A stretch of DNA of 64,000 nucleotides from Amphiscolops sp. MND2022. Lineage: Eukaryota. Made by a program: the position numbers and the translations under genes. The stretch spans positions 27,654,001 to 27,718,000 of the forward strand of contig OZ076409.1 of NCBI GenBank assembly GCA_964187785.1, written 5' to 3'. Below are positions 36,301 to 48,442 of this stretch, in pieces. The notes beneath the pieces are model-generated. The model worked only from the letters and a program-made list of their open reading frames with translations. It made no database searches and was not told the origin of the DNA. Every line of letters begins with the position of its first letter. Within the stretch, counting starts at the first letter, position 1.

Positions 36301-37405
36301 TAGCCCCATCCCTCTCGATTCTACACTTCGTGACCTCTAATGGGCCCCTTCAGGGTCCCACCTATCAATCAGTGATACACAGCTTTGCCAACTTTCGACC
36401 TCCCATGGCATACACCATAATCAAAGACCGCCAACAAGTGGAGCACAACTATCTTACGTTGATCAAAGCGCGAGCACGCAGCTCGCTCCCATTGCCAATG
36501 GAAATCCACCCGGTCGTTTGGCTACATACCCCCTCAATCCAAACAATGGAGCAGTGGCAACGTTTGATGGGTGGGACGTGCCAGTTGTCCTGCGTATCTT
36601 GAGAGCGATTATCCAAAGATTGGGTGGTCGCCGAAAAGGAGAAGAACCTACTAGGTTATTATATCCCTATGCGTGTGACACTTCCAGAGCATACTGTGCA
36701 AGAGCGGATCCCCGTGAGCATACCGCCAGAATTTTAAATACCATTACGTGTTGGGCCCAGCCGGAACTCGTAGACCTCGCTATCCACCAGACCTTTCAAC
36801 AGCTGCCAACGACTATTCCAACAGTAGCAAGAGAACCAAGCAGGAAAGATCTGCCCGTGAGCACTGACGTTCCCAGCAACCCGCGCATTGCGCTAGAGAT
36901 ATTCGTGCGCCTGCATGGTCTCCAGCGAGAACATACTCGAGCTGTAGGCGAAGAATACGTTAGGGGAATACAAACATTCAAGCAGCTATTCACCCAGCAT
37001 GGTCATCAAGAATTGGCGGACGGACTGCCGAACTTAGAGCCAACCGAAGCTATCCCAGGGATCAGCGACTTGAGCGAAGCTGCCTCTGGCAGCTCTCGCA
37101 CCGTCCTTCCCACACCCCACCTCACTCAAGACACCGATGAATTATTGGTATAAGGGGTACAAGACGATGTCCCAAACGTCATGCCACCATCAGAGGAGCC
37201 TATGACCGACAACAACTTCACGCTCTCTGATGCCACTACTCCTGTAAGAGACGAAGCGGAGACTAAGATCTCAAACATGGAGGCAACGGACATAGAGTCA
37301 GAGCTTAACAACTTACTGACCATAGATGAAGAATACCAAAATACAGTGGACACCATGGGCAGCACTTCCATGCAAGAAGCCCCACAGAACCAGCTGTTGG
37401 AGTAA
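33321..37405 (+). CDS. Large extra ORF3 (~1350 codons if one frameshift near 36520-36600 and TAA 37151 are repaired), with an SGNH-like domain
   Basis: 1109-aa ORF, an overlapping 211-aa ORF and an in-frame 74-aa tail. Motifs IAFFVDS, ILNMPCTTL, LLVYSNVIDHL, VFMSPPG. Confidence 0.75.
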
Positions 37406-37951
37406 AGGAGTCCTCTGGACCCTCCAAGACCGTTGGAATACAATTAAGCACAAAAGACCTTATCATCAAAGCATTGATGCCAACTCTTGATTTTAGTTGT
37501 GCTACACCATCTTACTGGTGCTGAAAACATTCGGTGCAATAAAGCTTGATTTCAAAATTTTGTTTGATATATATTTTACTATGCTACCAATGCAACAATG
37601 CAATATAGCTACATCCTCTGGGCGGGTCCCGGTTCGGTGCCCTCCCCTTTTGATTTGAATTTAAAACTTCTACTAAGCCCAAAAGTTGTTGTTACTCACT
37701 TGGCCGCGCAGGGGTCCAATTTTAGAAAAAGAAATTTTACCTTGAACTGAGTGATTAGTGAAAAAACTTTTTTTAAAAGATCCGACTGTAGAGTTTTTAA
37801 CCTAGAAACCCGTGCTTTTTGAATTTGATGGCTTTAGAGTGCTAAACATGCAGTAACGAAACGAAAAGAATAGTAATGTGAAATCAACATAGTCTTGATG
37901 TAAGACCTTTTCTGTAAATCTCAGAGTACCCTTTGGGTGCGAGCATCCTCT

Positions 37952-37988
37952 CGTTTGCCGAGGACGACAAACTACGGCCCGGGGAGGA
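37952..37988 (+). promoter_or_regulatory. Pre-LTR hairpin and polypurine tract
   Basis: GTTTGCCG-AGGA-CGACAAAC stem (perfect in the 6575-6593 copy), then GGCCCGGGGAGGA abutting the LTR. Confidence 0.85.
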
Positions 37989-38708
37989 TGTAACGTCCAC
38001 CAGTCAACACCAAATTTTCGATGAAAAATTCGATCAAGAACCAGAAAATGTGCGAATCAAAATGGCCGACCTGGCAGGTCGTTGAAACCCAGAAATGAAA
38101 AAAGAGAACACGCGAACAGGAAGAACAACAGGAGATGATAAAGAAAGGGAGCAAAACGACTATTGACATGAAGATTCACACGGTGCAGAATACGACGAAC
38201 GCTACCCGGTGCTATGCCATCCCTCTGGGAGAGAAAGCAGAACTGTTCTAGAATGGCATGACTGGATCCCCGAAAATCTACAAACAGTAACTGTATTCTC
38301 ACTTGGGGCTTATCCCCCTTTAATTTGTTAATTTATAATGCACTTTGTTATTTCCCCCATGCCTGACCTTCTAGGTCAGCATTTCATGTCCATAACTGTC
38401 GAAATGACATTTTTCGGATAAACATCTTTTTGGACCTCGGAAGTATGTGGGAGATGGCGGGAACGCGCTAAAAACCTTAGGATTTGTTTTTACAGGCTTG
38501 TGGGGCGTGTCCGGACTTTGAGAGTGCCGGCACGTCGCCTCGGAGCTCTAACTAGAGGAGCCTCCTTAGACGAAAGAAGAGTCTCCCTTGGAGACCATTT
38601 TGGGATCAAAAACTAGTGTTTAGGAGTGTAGTAAGACAACGGTCTCCTGTTTAAGCACCCTAGGCATTGTCCCTCTTCCTAGATGTGCGCCGCTAGCCGG
38701 ACGTTACA
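37989..38708 (+). repeat. 3' LTR (720 bp)
   Basis: Direct repeat of 19401-20120. Confidence 0.97.
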
Positions 38709-39223
38709 TAAAGTCAAACAAAAAATACGAAAGTTGCCATACTTTTGGCAATTTTAGAAATCTATCATGCAATATCTTGAAAATCGCTGGTCGCAGCGAA
38801 AACTGTCTCATACAGAAATTAAACCTTTGACTCAGATCTCTAGCTTTTAGGTTTAACATTTTTTTGAAACGTTCATCTTTAGAATTTATACCTTGAAACG
38901 ATCGGAAAATACGAATTCTTCAATTTTTCCTGCAAAAAAGCTGCAAAATTGATTGTAGATTGAATAAGATTTAACTACCGGCTAAGAGTTTTGGGTTCCC
39001 TGGTTGGAACTGGTTTAACTTTTTACATGTTTTTGTAGGTTACCACGATGTTATTAAAATCTCAAATGAGAGTCCATACATCAAAACTTCACTGATTTGA
39101 TTTAATTTTATCAAGCTGCCTGTAAGATGCATCCTAAATTTAACGGCAATTCTGCGCCGCAAGGTATTGCAGGTTTCAATAAGATGCCGTTCTAATTTTG
39201 AAAGCAGCTGAGACCTTCATAAA

Positions 39224-40328
39224 TGTCGGAACGTGCACAGGTCTTGGCAGACGCTGTATTCTGACTGTTCCCTTCTCCAGAATTGGAGGATAACTTTTCA
39301 GTTAATGCCAAAACTAGTCAAGTTAGGTCGCTGATTTGCTTATTCATGTCGGAGAAACGTTGGTCTATCGATTTTTGCTCTGGATTATTATCGGTACTGA
39401 TAAGGTTTCCTTTGTTTAATTCATCGATTTGGTCTCTAGAAAGGACCTCTGGAACACTACATTCGCTTTCCGTGTCGCTACTTCTGTCATTCATATCCAT
39501 TCCACCCAAGAACACTGGGATAGAACTTCTCTTGTTAGAACGAGTGTTAACCATTAGAAAGAGTGTTTAGAAATTAAGATTTATTGATCGAAGAAAGTTT
39601 ATGTTAGAAGGTATGTGGAACGAAGTTAGTGTAAATAATGTGTATGCAGGTAGGTACTGAACGTTAAGGTACAAAATGCTCTAATGGTAGCACCTATTTG
39701 CTTCGTGTCAATTATGGCGATACTGGTCACACGACCACATCGACCAATCATATTGCAGTACTCATTCGCACCTTAGTGGGTAATTGCGCAATTCGCGCCT
39801 CAATTTGGTACAACACAGAAAATGATGTGCAATCTTGTTGCTATGGCTACATGACTCATTGCTTAGTGTATATGGTAATATGATGATGGTAATATAAGCT
39901 CATCATAGCACGGTAATACTATATTCACTGTACGTGCACGTGGTAATGCATTGTGATGTTAATGGTGTTGCGTATATCGTTAGTTGGTTGGGTAATGATA
40001 CTAATTGCACTTACAAGCACCAAATGGATGAAGTGAACACTGATGATAAGACATTAACTACATCATTGACTAAATGCTACGAGATTGATTCTACTGAGTA
40101 TATGTAAAAAGGGAATGATTATCGTAAATAAATAGTTAGACACTGCTTCGAGATTAAATATAGTAGATGCATGTAATAAGTTTGAGTTTATTTTACTTGA
40201 TGTAATTTGCCCAACTACCTTCTTTCCTTTCAGTTTTTCGGTCATGTTTTCATTTAATAAATCTGCTTTTTGGGTGTTGTATGATTGAGCTCATTCTTGT
40301 TCGGTATATTCATGCGTCAGGCATGACA
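39224..40328 (-). mobile_element. Solo LTR (1105 bp) of a third family, with embedded ORF MVNTRSNKR...
   Basis: TGTC...GACA termini, 5-bp TSD ATAAA. ORF from 39554 reads, past one TGA, to the LTR end (...TCARSD). Confidence 0.8.
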
Positions 40329-40775
40329 ATAAATTTTACCGCGGTTTTAATGCAAAAAAACTTGAGTCACATAAAAAGCTTCAAAGTAGCGTCATATTTA
40401 GCATGCTATTTGACTACCGGTGATTACATAAGGTACATATTTGAGAAACTTACGCGTGGAAACAAAGTGATCGCAGCGGTGAAAAAGTGGAATTTTTTTA
40501 AAATTCGTTTAAATAGTGAAGGCTGCTTTGTAATCCTGCGAAATGTTTCCATACAGGCTGCCGTAATTTGCCATGTTTTGTAAAAAAAATTGCCTGAATG
40601 TTTCCATGCAGCATGTAAAAAGTTCAAGCAATCTCGACTATGGTTATTACGTTATAAACTTAAAGTTCGACAAATTTCAAAACTCCTCGTGTTAAAATGT
40701 ATCGACAATCTGCAGCGTGAATAACCATTGTGAGCGACAAAAGCCGTAGAAGGGGTCCCGCTTCTCATGGATATC

Positions 40776-42684
40776 CAAGGGTTGGAAAATAATATTTGTT
40801 TAAACAATAATTGTCAATATCAATTTTGCAATTCGAAGTGTTTCGTTTTTTCAAAGTACAATTTTTGATTGAGGAGTTGCACAATTATTGTCGCCGAGAA
40901 ACTCCGACTCATTTACTAATTCACTGTTGGACTCTTAGCGGAAATCGAAAGAAGTTACATCATGCGGCTGGCACGAAGATCTGTAAACAATTCGATTGTT
41001 TACTCAACTCGCAGTATGCTGTGTTGCTTGTACGTTTTCCATTTACCTGCATTGTTTGCATCATTCTTCAGACATGTTCAGCAGAAAAGAAATAGCCAAT
41101 TTTTATTTCGTTGAACTTGAAACCACGGGTAACTCCAGCAATCACCAATGCAAATGTGGCTCCAAGCCATTGAAGCAAGACAAGACCAATCTAATACAAA
41201 ACGTTCACAGAGTGCATCCTGATTGGAAAAAGGAAATGAAAACGGCAATGACGGCAAAAAGTTTTGATTTTGCGTTGAACCAGAAGACAAAGGACATTTA
41301 CCAACGGCTCGACTGGGTTATTATGGAGGGTTTACCTTTCAATTTTGTCGAAAAAGTGAGGACACTCGAAAACACGAAACTGGATCGTATCTCCACAAAA
41401 CGTTTAGTGAAACTTATCGAAAATCTAATCCCGTTAGTGGAAAATGAAGTGGCTAAAGTATTTCCAGATAAAATCGGTCTCATTATCGATGGTTGGTCCG
41501 ATGGTTCTACTTCTACCCACTTTTTTGCAATTTAGCCTGCTATCAAGGTGAAAACAAACCTGGAAATTCCAAGTCGCCGTTGTTAGTTATGTCGCCACTC
41601 CTCGACGAAGAAAAACTTGATGCTGGAAAGCATTTGAAATTTGTTGAGGCAACTTTGAGCATTTACGGCAAAAACTGGGACAGTGTTTCTTTTCTTGTCG
41701 CGGACAACGAAAACACCAGCAAAAGTTTTCCTCAGCAACTCAGTGTGCCAAATAGTTTTTGAGGGATTACGAAGACAGGATACAGCAAGTACATTTCCTG
41801 ATGTGAAAATTACTTGGTTCGTACAAGCGTTCGGGAAATTTTCGAAAAACCACGAATCTCCGCCCTGTCATGAGAAATGACACCCGTTGGTCATAAACCT
41901 ACAACATGTTGAAACGATACTTCGAATGGAAAGAACACCTGGATCATTTTGACGTGGAAGTTGTTAGGCACTTACCGACGCCCTCGAGGGACTTGGCAGT
42001 CAAAAAAGTGTTTGAAGAATTGAAAAAAAAATTGAAGAAGTCACCAAAGCTTTTCAAGGAGAATCCATCACTTTTCTCCGAATGCTGTTTGACGATCTAT
42101 TGGGTACTCATCCTAATTTCAAACACTACCTAGCAGTTGGAGGAATCTCAGAATCCCGAAACTTTGGAAAAGCTTTATTGAAGTATCTCCAAAAAACCGA
42201 ACGTAACTTGAACGAAAAAGCGACACTTGAAGCTGACTTTGAAAAATGTGGTGATGCGCCTGGTTCTTCTCCTTCATCTTCTTATGTGGAGAGGGTGCTC
42301 TCTCAAAAAGTTCTACAAGTCGATTCCCAAGTTTTTGGTGACTTATCCTGGGTACCATCTACTTCAAGTGTACCAGAAAGGCCCTTCAGCGTCAGTCGTT
42401 ACCTTTTTAGAACGACTATAGGAAAAAAATCTAAACCCAATGTATTTCGAAAGTCAACTGTTTCTAATGATGAACCGCAACTTTTGGGACGCACATTTGG
42501 TTTCCAAGCTTCAACTTTGAGTCGAAATTTACATTTCATTGCATAGTACAGTTTTCAACAGTAATCGTAGGTGTTTTTACAATATACTGCAATTATTGCA
42601 TTAATTGATTGTAAGAAGTGAGTGTGAAACAATAATTGATTGACATGTCACAATTAAATTGCAATTCGACTTTTCCAGCCCCTC
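40776..42684 (+). mobile_element. hAT DNA transposon, decayed
   Basis: 8-bp TSD TGGATATC; imperfect 14-bp TIR CAAGGGTTGGAAAA / TTTTCCAGCCCCTC. Confidence 0.88.
41073..42520 (+). pseudogene. hAT transposase pseudogene
   Basis: BED-like CKC...HRVH, LPFNFVE, IIDGWS, VADN, NDTRWS*TYNMLKRY, PSTS...ERPFS across several frames. Confidence 0.9.
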
Positions 42685-43496
42685 TGGATATCCTTCCTAC
42701 TATCAATCTGTCCGTAATTGCTAAAGACAGAGCCACCGCTCAGATATCTTTCAGAAGTAGCGCCAATTAAACGAAGATCACTTTCCCGTTGAGGGATGAA
42801 GATAACAAAGGAACAAAAAATTGTAAGCAGCAACTCACTGGCTTAACGATCTTGCAAGATGATCAAAAATACAGCACTACAAGACCTCACATAGTCAGTC
42901 ACAGATCTGTATAGCTCGAGCTCGGACGCTGGGGCTCTACGTACCGAACAAAAGTGATAAAGCGCCAAGACTCATTTCGAGAGTATAACTATAAACGGTA
43001 GCGTCTTGCTAAGGTATAACAGAAGTACAGCAACTATACACGTTATTGCAATAAAGGTGTTTTTGGCACGTGCTAATTCGAACTCATTTGCCGAGTTGTA
43101 TAGTTTTTCTTTACGCACTTTCCTCGGGTTTTTCTTCTCGGATCGTCGTATCGCTTCATTCAAGTTCTCTTCTAAAGTAAAACGTTTGATCAACCAGTCA
43201 TCTGTAGTTCATCGAATTTTTCAATGTATCCCAGAAGGTATCGTTGCATAACCCTCTAAAATTTTTCGGTTCCAAAACAATAACTATCGTTGTAAGTCTG
43301 ATCGCAATTTTTTGAACCTTGAACACACAAGTCCAAAGGAAAATCCGCTTTTCCGTCTTTATCTTTTTAGTACCATTGTGTACCTTTTTCGAAAAATGCA
43401 CGGCTTGTTCGGTGAAGTGTGAAATCATAGTTTTGACACCCAAATCATACAATCGACCATTGCGATAGTGAAAAGTCAGTGAAGAGAATACTATTC

Positions 43497-43675
43497 TCGG
43501 AAAATTATTCAGTGACTATGAACTGTGCCATTGTCGGACGAAATTGCCATGAGAATTCGTGGCTTTTCAGGTTAAAAATTTGATAGTATCAAATTTTTGA
43601 CCTGAAAAGCCACGAATTCTCTTGGCAATTTCGTCCGCCGATGGCACAGTTCATAGTCACTGGATAATTTTCCGA
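43497..43675. repeat. Long palindrome, 89-bp arms
   Basis: Centred on 43586; few mismatches. Confidence 0.92.
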
Positions 43676-44490
43676 ACAAGTTTGTTTCAAGTAGTACAAC
43701 TGCTGAAGTATTTTTTCAAATGTCAGGCTTTTTATACTAGTGATGTTCGCTTACATGCGTATGTATTACTTTGCTAATTCAATGCTGACGCAATATGTGT
43801 TTATGAGTTATTAGGCCTCGCAAACTTCGTTTTAAAAATATATTTTTTAAAAATTTCCAGTGGACTCTGCAAAGGCAAATAGGGTATAACTGATATCTGC
43901 TTTGCATGTACACAAAACCGATGTACGCGGTCAAGATGACCAATCAGTTTTTTTCCACTGAAAAAATTCCTCTTTCATTTCTCATTTGGCACTAAAAATT
44001 CAGGTTTTCGACCTTTGCAAATCTGTTCCGATCTGCAGGATTTTTTCTGTGGGTTTCTGCAAAGATAGATGCACTGAATCATACAGATCTGCAGAATTTT
44101 CAAGATACTCAAAATTCTTCACAAGGAATTTGTGTCCTCATCACGGTAAGTTTGGTGGTCGGAGAACGTGCGGTATTGGTTATACACCGTAATTTATCCA
44201 TTTCACTCTCCAGAAATAGTTATTGAAATTGTAGAGGCTCGTTTGCCATATTGACTTCGTTTTGACGGATGAAATTTGACACGTGGCAACTTTCTGGGTT
44301 AATAGATGTGTTGATAAAGTGCTGTTGTTTTAATATTTCGGGAACATGTTTGTTGGAGTAATTCTAGTAATTGCTGGCAACTCGGAACACGTTGTTGCAA
44401 TTTATTGGTCATTGTTTGGCTCTGTAAAAATCTGTAATCTCTACAGATCTGTACAAATTGCTGCAGAAAAATGCTTTATCATTTTGACAT

Positions 44491-46055
44491 TGTCGCAAGC
44501 TGCCGCTTGTGACGGCACCCTATACCAGATGATGCCAGAAGGTAATGAGACACTTCCAGCACCCGGAGTATTACCAATTTAGAACAAACTCTAAAACAAT
44601 CTTTTAGTATTCCTTTTGCCAGTTTGATGTTCATTTCACACATATAACGACTGATTTGTTAGTGAAAAACATGTAAATTTCTAATTGCCATTTTCGACTT
44701 AAGGTCAAACTGACCACATTCAAATAGTGCATTCATTCAAATATTATTATTGATATACTACTATTTGGAATTTCCCATTGACGAAATCATACACTATTAA
44801 CCCGGACTTAAAGTAAACAGCTTAGTTAATAATGTAAACCTTAGTAAATTAACTCAAGTGCTGTTAAATGGTGTTTAAATAGTGCTTTAAAACGCTTCCC
44901 CGAGTGCTTATTCAATCTGTACACTACTGCAGTCAAATTAACGTGTGGTCCCAATTAACTGTTGACCAATCAGATTGCAGTACCAGTTATTTAATGCAGT
45001 CAAGCTGACGCTCGGTCTGAATTGGAATTTTATTGAATATCGATGACGCTGCCGCATGAAATGTTGCTTTTAAGCTACAATTGAAGACATGTAAAGGTAC
45101 ACACTGTTTGTTCGATGCTATTTATATCCCCTCACTTGGGTGACGTAATGTCAAGACCCCCCAGTTTATTTTTAGAACAAATGACCTAATAATGAAACCG
45201 GGACTATTTTTAGGATGATATCACCCTAAATTTAGTTCCTGACGGGCAAAATATTGCGTGTCATGCAGTATCAACTATATATATGCGAAATTTGTGATAA
45301 AAGGACATTCATTCATTGATTGATAACGCTACTCAATTACGATACAAAACTTGTTCAATTTGTTACTGTTGGTAATTCACTGTTGAAACCAATTTCATTT
45401 TGAAAATGCCTTCAACTAGAAAGCAGAAAGCGAAAGAGAAACGCTCTAGCTAGACAGTCTGACGTGATGTCTGATATAGAAAATCTAGATGTAATGTTAG
45501 GAAATTACCAAAGGGAAAATAGTGAATCACGAAATGAGAATGAAGAAAATACATTAGACCAAAGGTCTGATAGACGGGAAAAATTAATCCAAAATGAAAA
45601 TGACTTCCGGTCTTACTTGAATCCGAATCCCAGTGAGAACAGTTGTTTAACTGTGGAAACTAGTAGAGCAATTAGTTCGGAAATTTCAACACAAATGTCT
45701 AGGAAATTTGAAGAAATGCAAACAAGCTTGAATTCTCAGATATTAGACGTTATTAAGGCTGCAATTGAGATTAAAGTGCTTCCCGGCATTAAAAACGCTG
45801 TTAAAAGCCAGTCTTTAGCCAAAAATATGAATTTGGACCTTCGGTCAGACGGACCGCATCCGAGTAGTTTCAGTCAAGTACATCCTCAGAAGGACCTTCA
45901 GTCAAATAGACTGCACCCAGAAAACGTCAGCTACGTAGCCGGGGACGCTCAAAATGATTTCCCCAGGCTAGTAACGTTGAGAAGTGACCGTATAAATCAC
46001 TGTAGAGAGAATTCAGTGGAATCTTACGAAAGTGATGATGAAGATGGTTTCGACA
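44491..46055 (+). mobile_element. Family B solo LTR (1565 bp)
   Basis: TGTCG...CGACA, 5-bp TSD GACAT. Carries SQAAACDG...GVLPI* at its start and MPSTRKQKAKEK (ATG 45406, CTAG-duplication frameshift) to its end. Confidence 0.92.
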
Positions 46056-47223
46056 GACATCAATAAGAATCCTCTCCAGTTTTACACATTTTTTTATAAT
46101 TCGTTTGACATCGCTGTGGGGTTTTTATTGTTTCTGAGTAGGTCATTTTTTCGAATCTGCACAGATCTGCACACATTCGCAAAGATCGAAAACCTGGGAT
46201 GCATTTGGCAATCTTGGAAGACGTCGAGTTTGCTGTGGATTTTAACTTTTCCACTGAGTGAAATGTAACATGGGGTCTGAATAATGTTGGTCGTTTCTCC
46301 GAACCGTTTTTGTCACTCACGTTATCGGTTATTGCCACGACAAGGTACCTCAGGTTTCTTTTCAAAATATCTGTTATTCAGCCACTCTCTGTTGTGAAAA
46401 AATTATTCTTCAAAATTTTTGATTAGGAAAGGTCTTTGATTCCTAGAAAGGAACACTTTTTCAATGTGAAAGACAATCGTAGCTTGGCACTAGTGTCTAT
46501 GTGTTTTATCTTCTAACGTCGGATTGTTTAGCTTTTTTGTAGTTCACCATTGTATAACTCACCATAACTGACCAGTGTATAATTCACCATTGTATTTCAG
46601 CTTGCACTCAATGAAAGGTAGCAGCTGAATAGTCGAAATAGATACTTTCAATAATTTTAAGTGCTTGTAATTTTTATGCCATTTTCATTATTCAAAGATT
46701 ATACTAACAATGGGTTTTTAAACATTACACTCAAGTTTTTGAGTTTTGTAGGTTGGAGTCCATTGCGGCGGGCGCATAATACACCATTTGTAATCCAAGT
46801 GAAATTAAACTGACAATCATGAAAGATGATATACGTTCAAGTAAAATGTGTAAAACTAACAGTTTGTTTAATTATCAAACCTTCAGGTGAAATAAAAACG
46901 GAAATTCGACTGTCTTTCAACATTCTTTTCTTCCTGTAAAAATTGTTCATTTATTTTTCAATCGAATTCGGTTACCAAGGAGAGGCGGTCCAAAATCTGA
47001 AACTTTGCAAAAACCAATCGCAGCAGTTTTCAGTGGAGAAAAAAACATTCTCGAAATTGCAAGAGTACTGAATATGAACTGCAACACTACCTACTCCATC
47101 GTATCTCGCCGCGATCAATCTGTCAGAAGTCAAAGAGACAAGTGATATTAGTTTGACGAAGAGAGGAACTTTAAGAACCCATAGAATTCTCGGAAAAACT
47201 TTTCGATCACTCTTAAAAATCTG

Positions 47224-47335
47224 AATGAAAGACCGCAACTTGAGCTCACAGAATAACCCATATACGTTTAAAGACACCATGGTGTCTTTAAACGTATATG
47301 GTTTAGTCTGTGAGCTCAAGTTGCGGCCTTTCATT
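47224..47335. repeat. Long spacerless palindrome, 56-bp arms
   Basis: Centred on CCATGG at 47277-47282. Confidence 0.92.
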
Positions 47336-47905
47336 GGCTGCAGCCAATGCTTTTCATTGACTCAACTAACACTGAAAAAACATCGTGACGTACCTGCTGA
47401 AAGAATTCGGCCAGATATGGAAGTAGACAAATTTGAATAGGCAAGATGGCTGACTAGGTCTAACGTGATCAACACATCACGTGATCAAGATACTCATCGT
47501 CGAGTTGGAATATACAAGAATCAAGCACTCAGACTCAGAGGAACAAGGGCCTGCGGCCTATCGCATCGTCTCAGCCAGAATGGACAAACGCAAAAGCGTG
47601 TTTGGGAATCGCTGCAGAGTATGGAATTGTGTATTATCAGTTGTTCACAGGAGGTATTACTATATCCAACCATCGTGAATTTTTGGAATTTGATGGGAAC
47701 CTGCTAGAAGAGAATGTATAAAGGTACCTCATATTTGACACGGCATCAGCGCATTGTAAGATTGCATCACTAGGAAGCGTGTTCAAAAATCAGCTGTGAC
47801 CAAGGAAAAGCTATTTTATTGGGATGACATCATGAGAAGGAACATGCACAAATCATCGATTCACAGAGCTCTCTGGGATTTTGAAATCAACCAAACGGGA
47901 GACAA

Positions 47906-48442
47906 CCCAGTGTAAAAACTCTTGGAACTCTTGCCAAGATCTTGCATATTCTTACATATTCCCGTTTACTCTTGAAAGTCTTGATAAGATCTTGTTTATT
48001 CTTGCTTCACACAAACCTCTTGAAATTCTTGATAGGACTCTTGGTAAGAGTCTTATCAAGAGTGTCAAGAGAATAAATAAGTTATAAAACAAACAGTAAT
48101 CTTGTTTACAAATACTTCGCTGTTCGCACTACCAGCTACACAATCATTCTATGAAGTATTGGATATAGAGCAACACAAAATATTGAATTTCAGAACGTGA
48201 TAGCTTGGTTGGTAGCGCGGAAAGCTGCGGCATAATAGGTACACTGATCAAGCTGCAGTTGGCGTCGGTTTTTGTTCGTTTTCATTCACTTTTGTCAGTT
48301 TTTCCCTTGAATTTCTTGGCACGATCTTGCAAGATCTTGCAAATTCGTGGATTTCTTGGTAAGAATCTTGGCAGGACTCTTACGAAGAAATCCAGGAATA
48401 ACCAAGATTCTTATCAAGAGTTGCAAGAGTTTTTACACTGGG
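47906..48442. mobile_element. MITE with CCCAGTGTAAAAAC TIRs, 2-bp TSD AA
   Basis: TIRs, TCTTG/CAAGA subterminal repeats; second copy at 60644-61194. Confidence 0.9.

Larger units (their letters stand above)
19401..38708 (+). mobile_element. Full-length giant Ty3/Gypsy LTR retrotransposon (19,308 bp), family A
   Basis: Paired 720-bp LTRs, PBS, PPT, domain order PR-RT-RH-IN, extra ORFs; TAA on both flanks. Confidence 0.97.

Noticed and set aside
33273..36602. env gene
   Set aside because: No evident signal peptide, Cys-rich ectodomain or C-terminal anchor layout.
23176..37443. Many short minus-strand and alternate-frame ORFs within the big element
   Set aside because: Shadows of long, GC-richer sense ORFs, with no motifs.
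46972..47440. Two opposite-strand ORFs with similar N-termini
   Set aside because: Artefact of the 47224-47335 palindrome.
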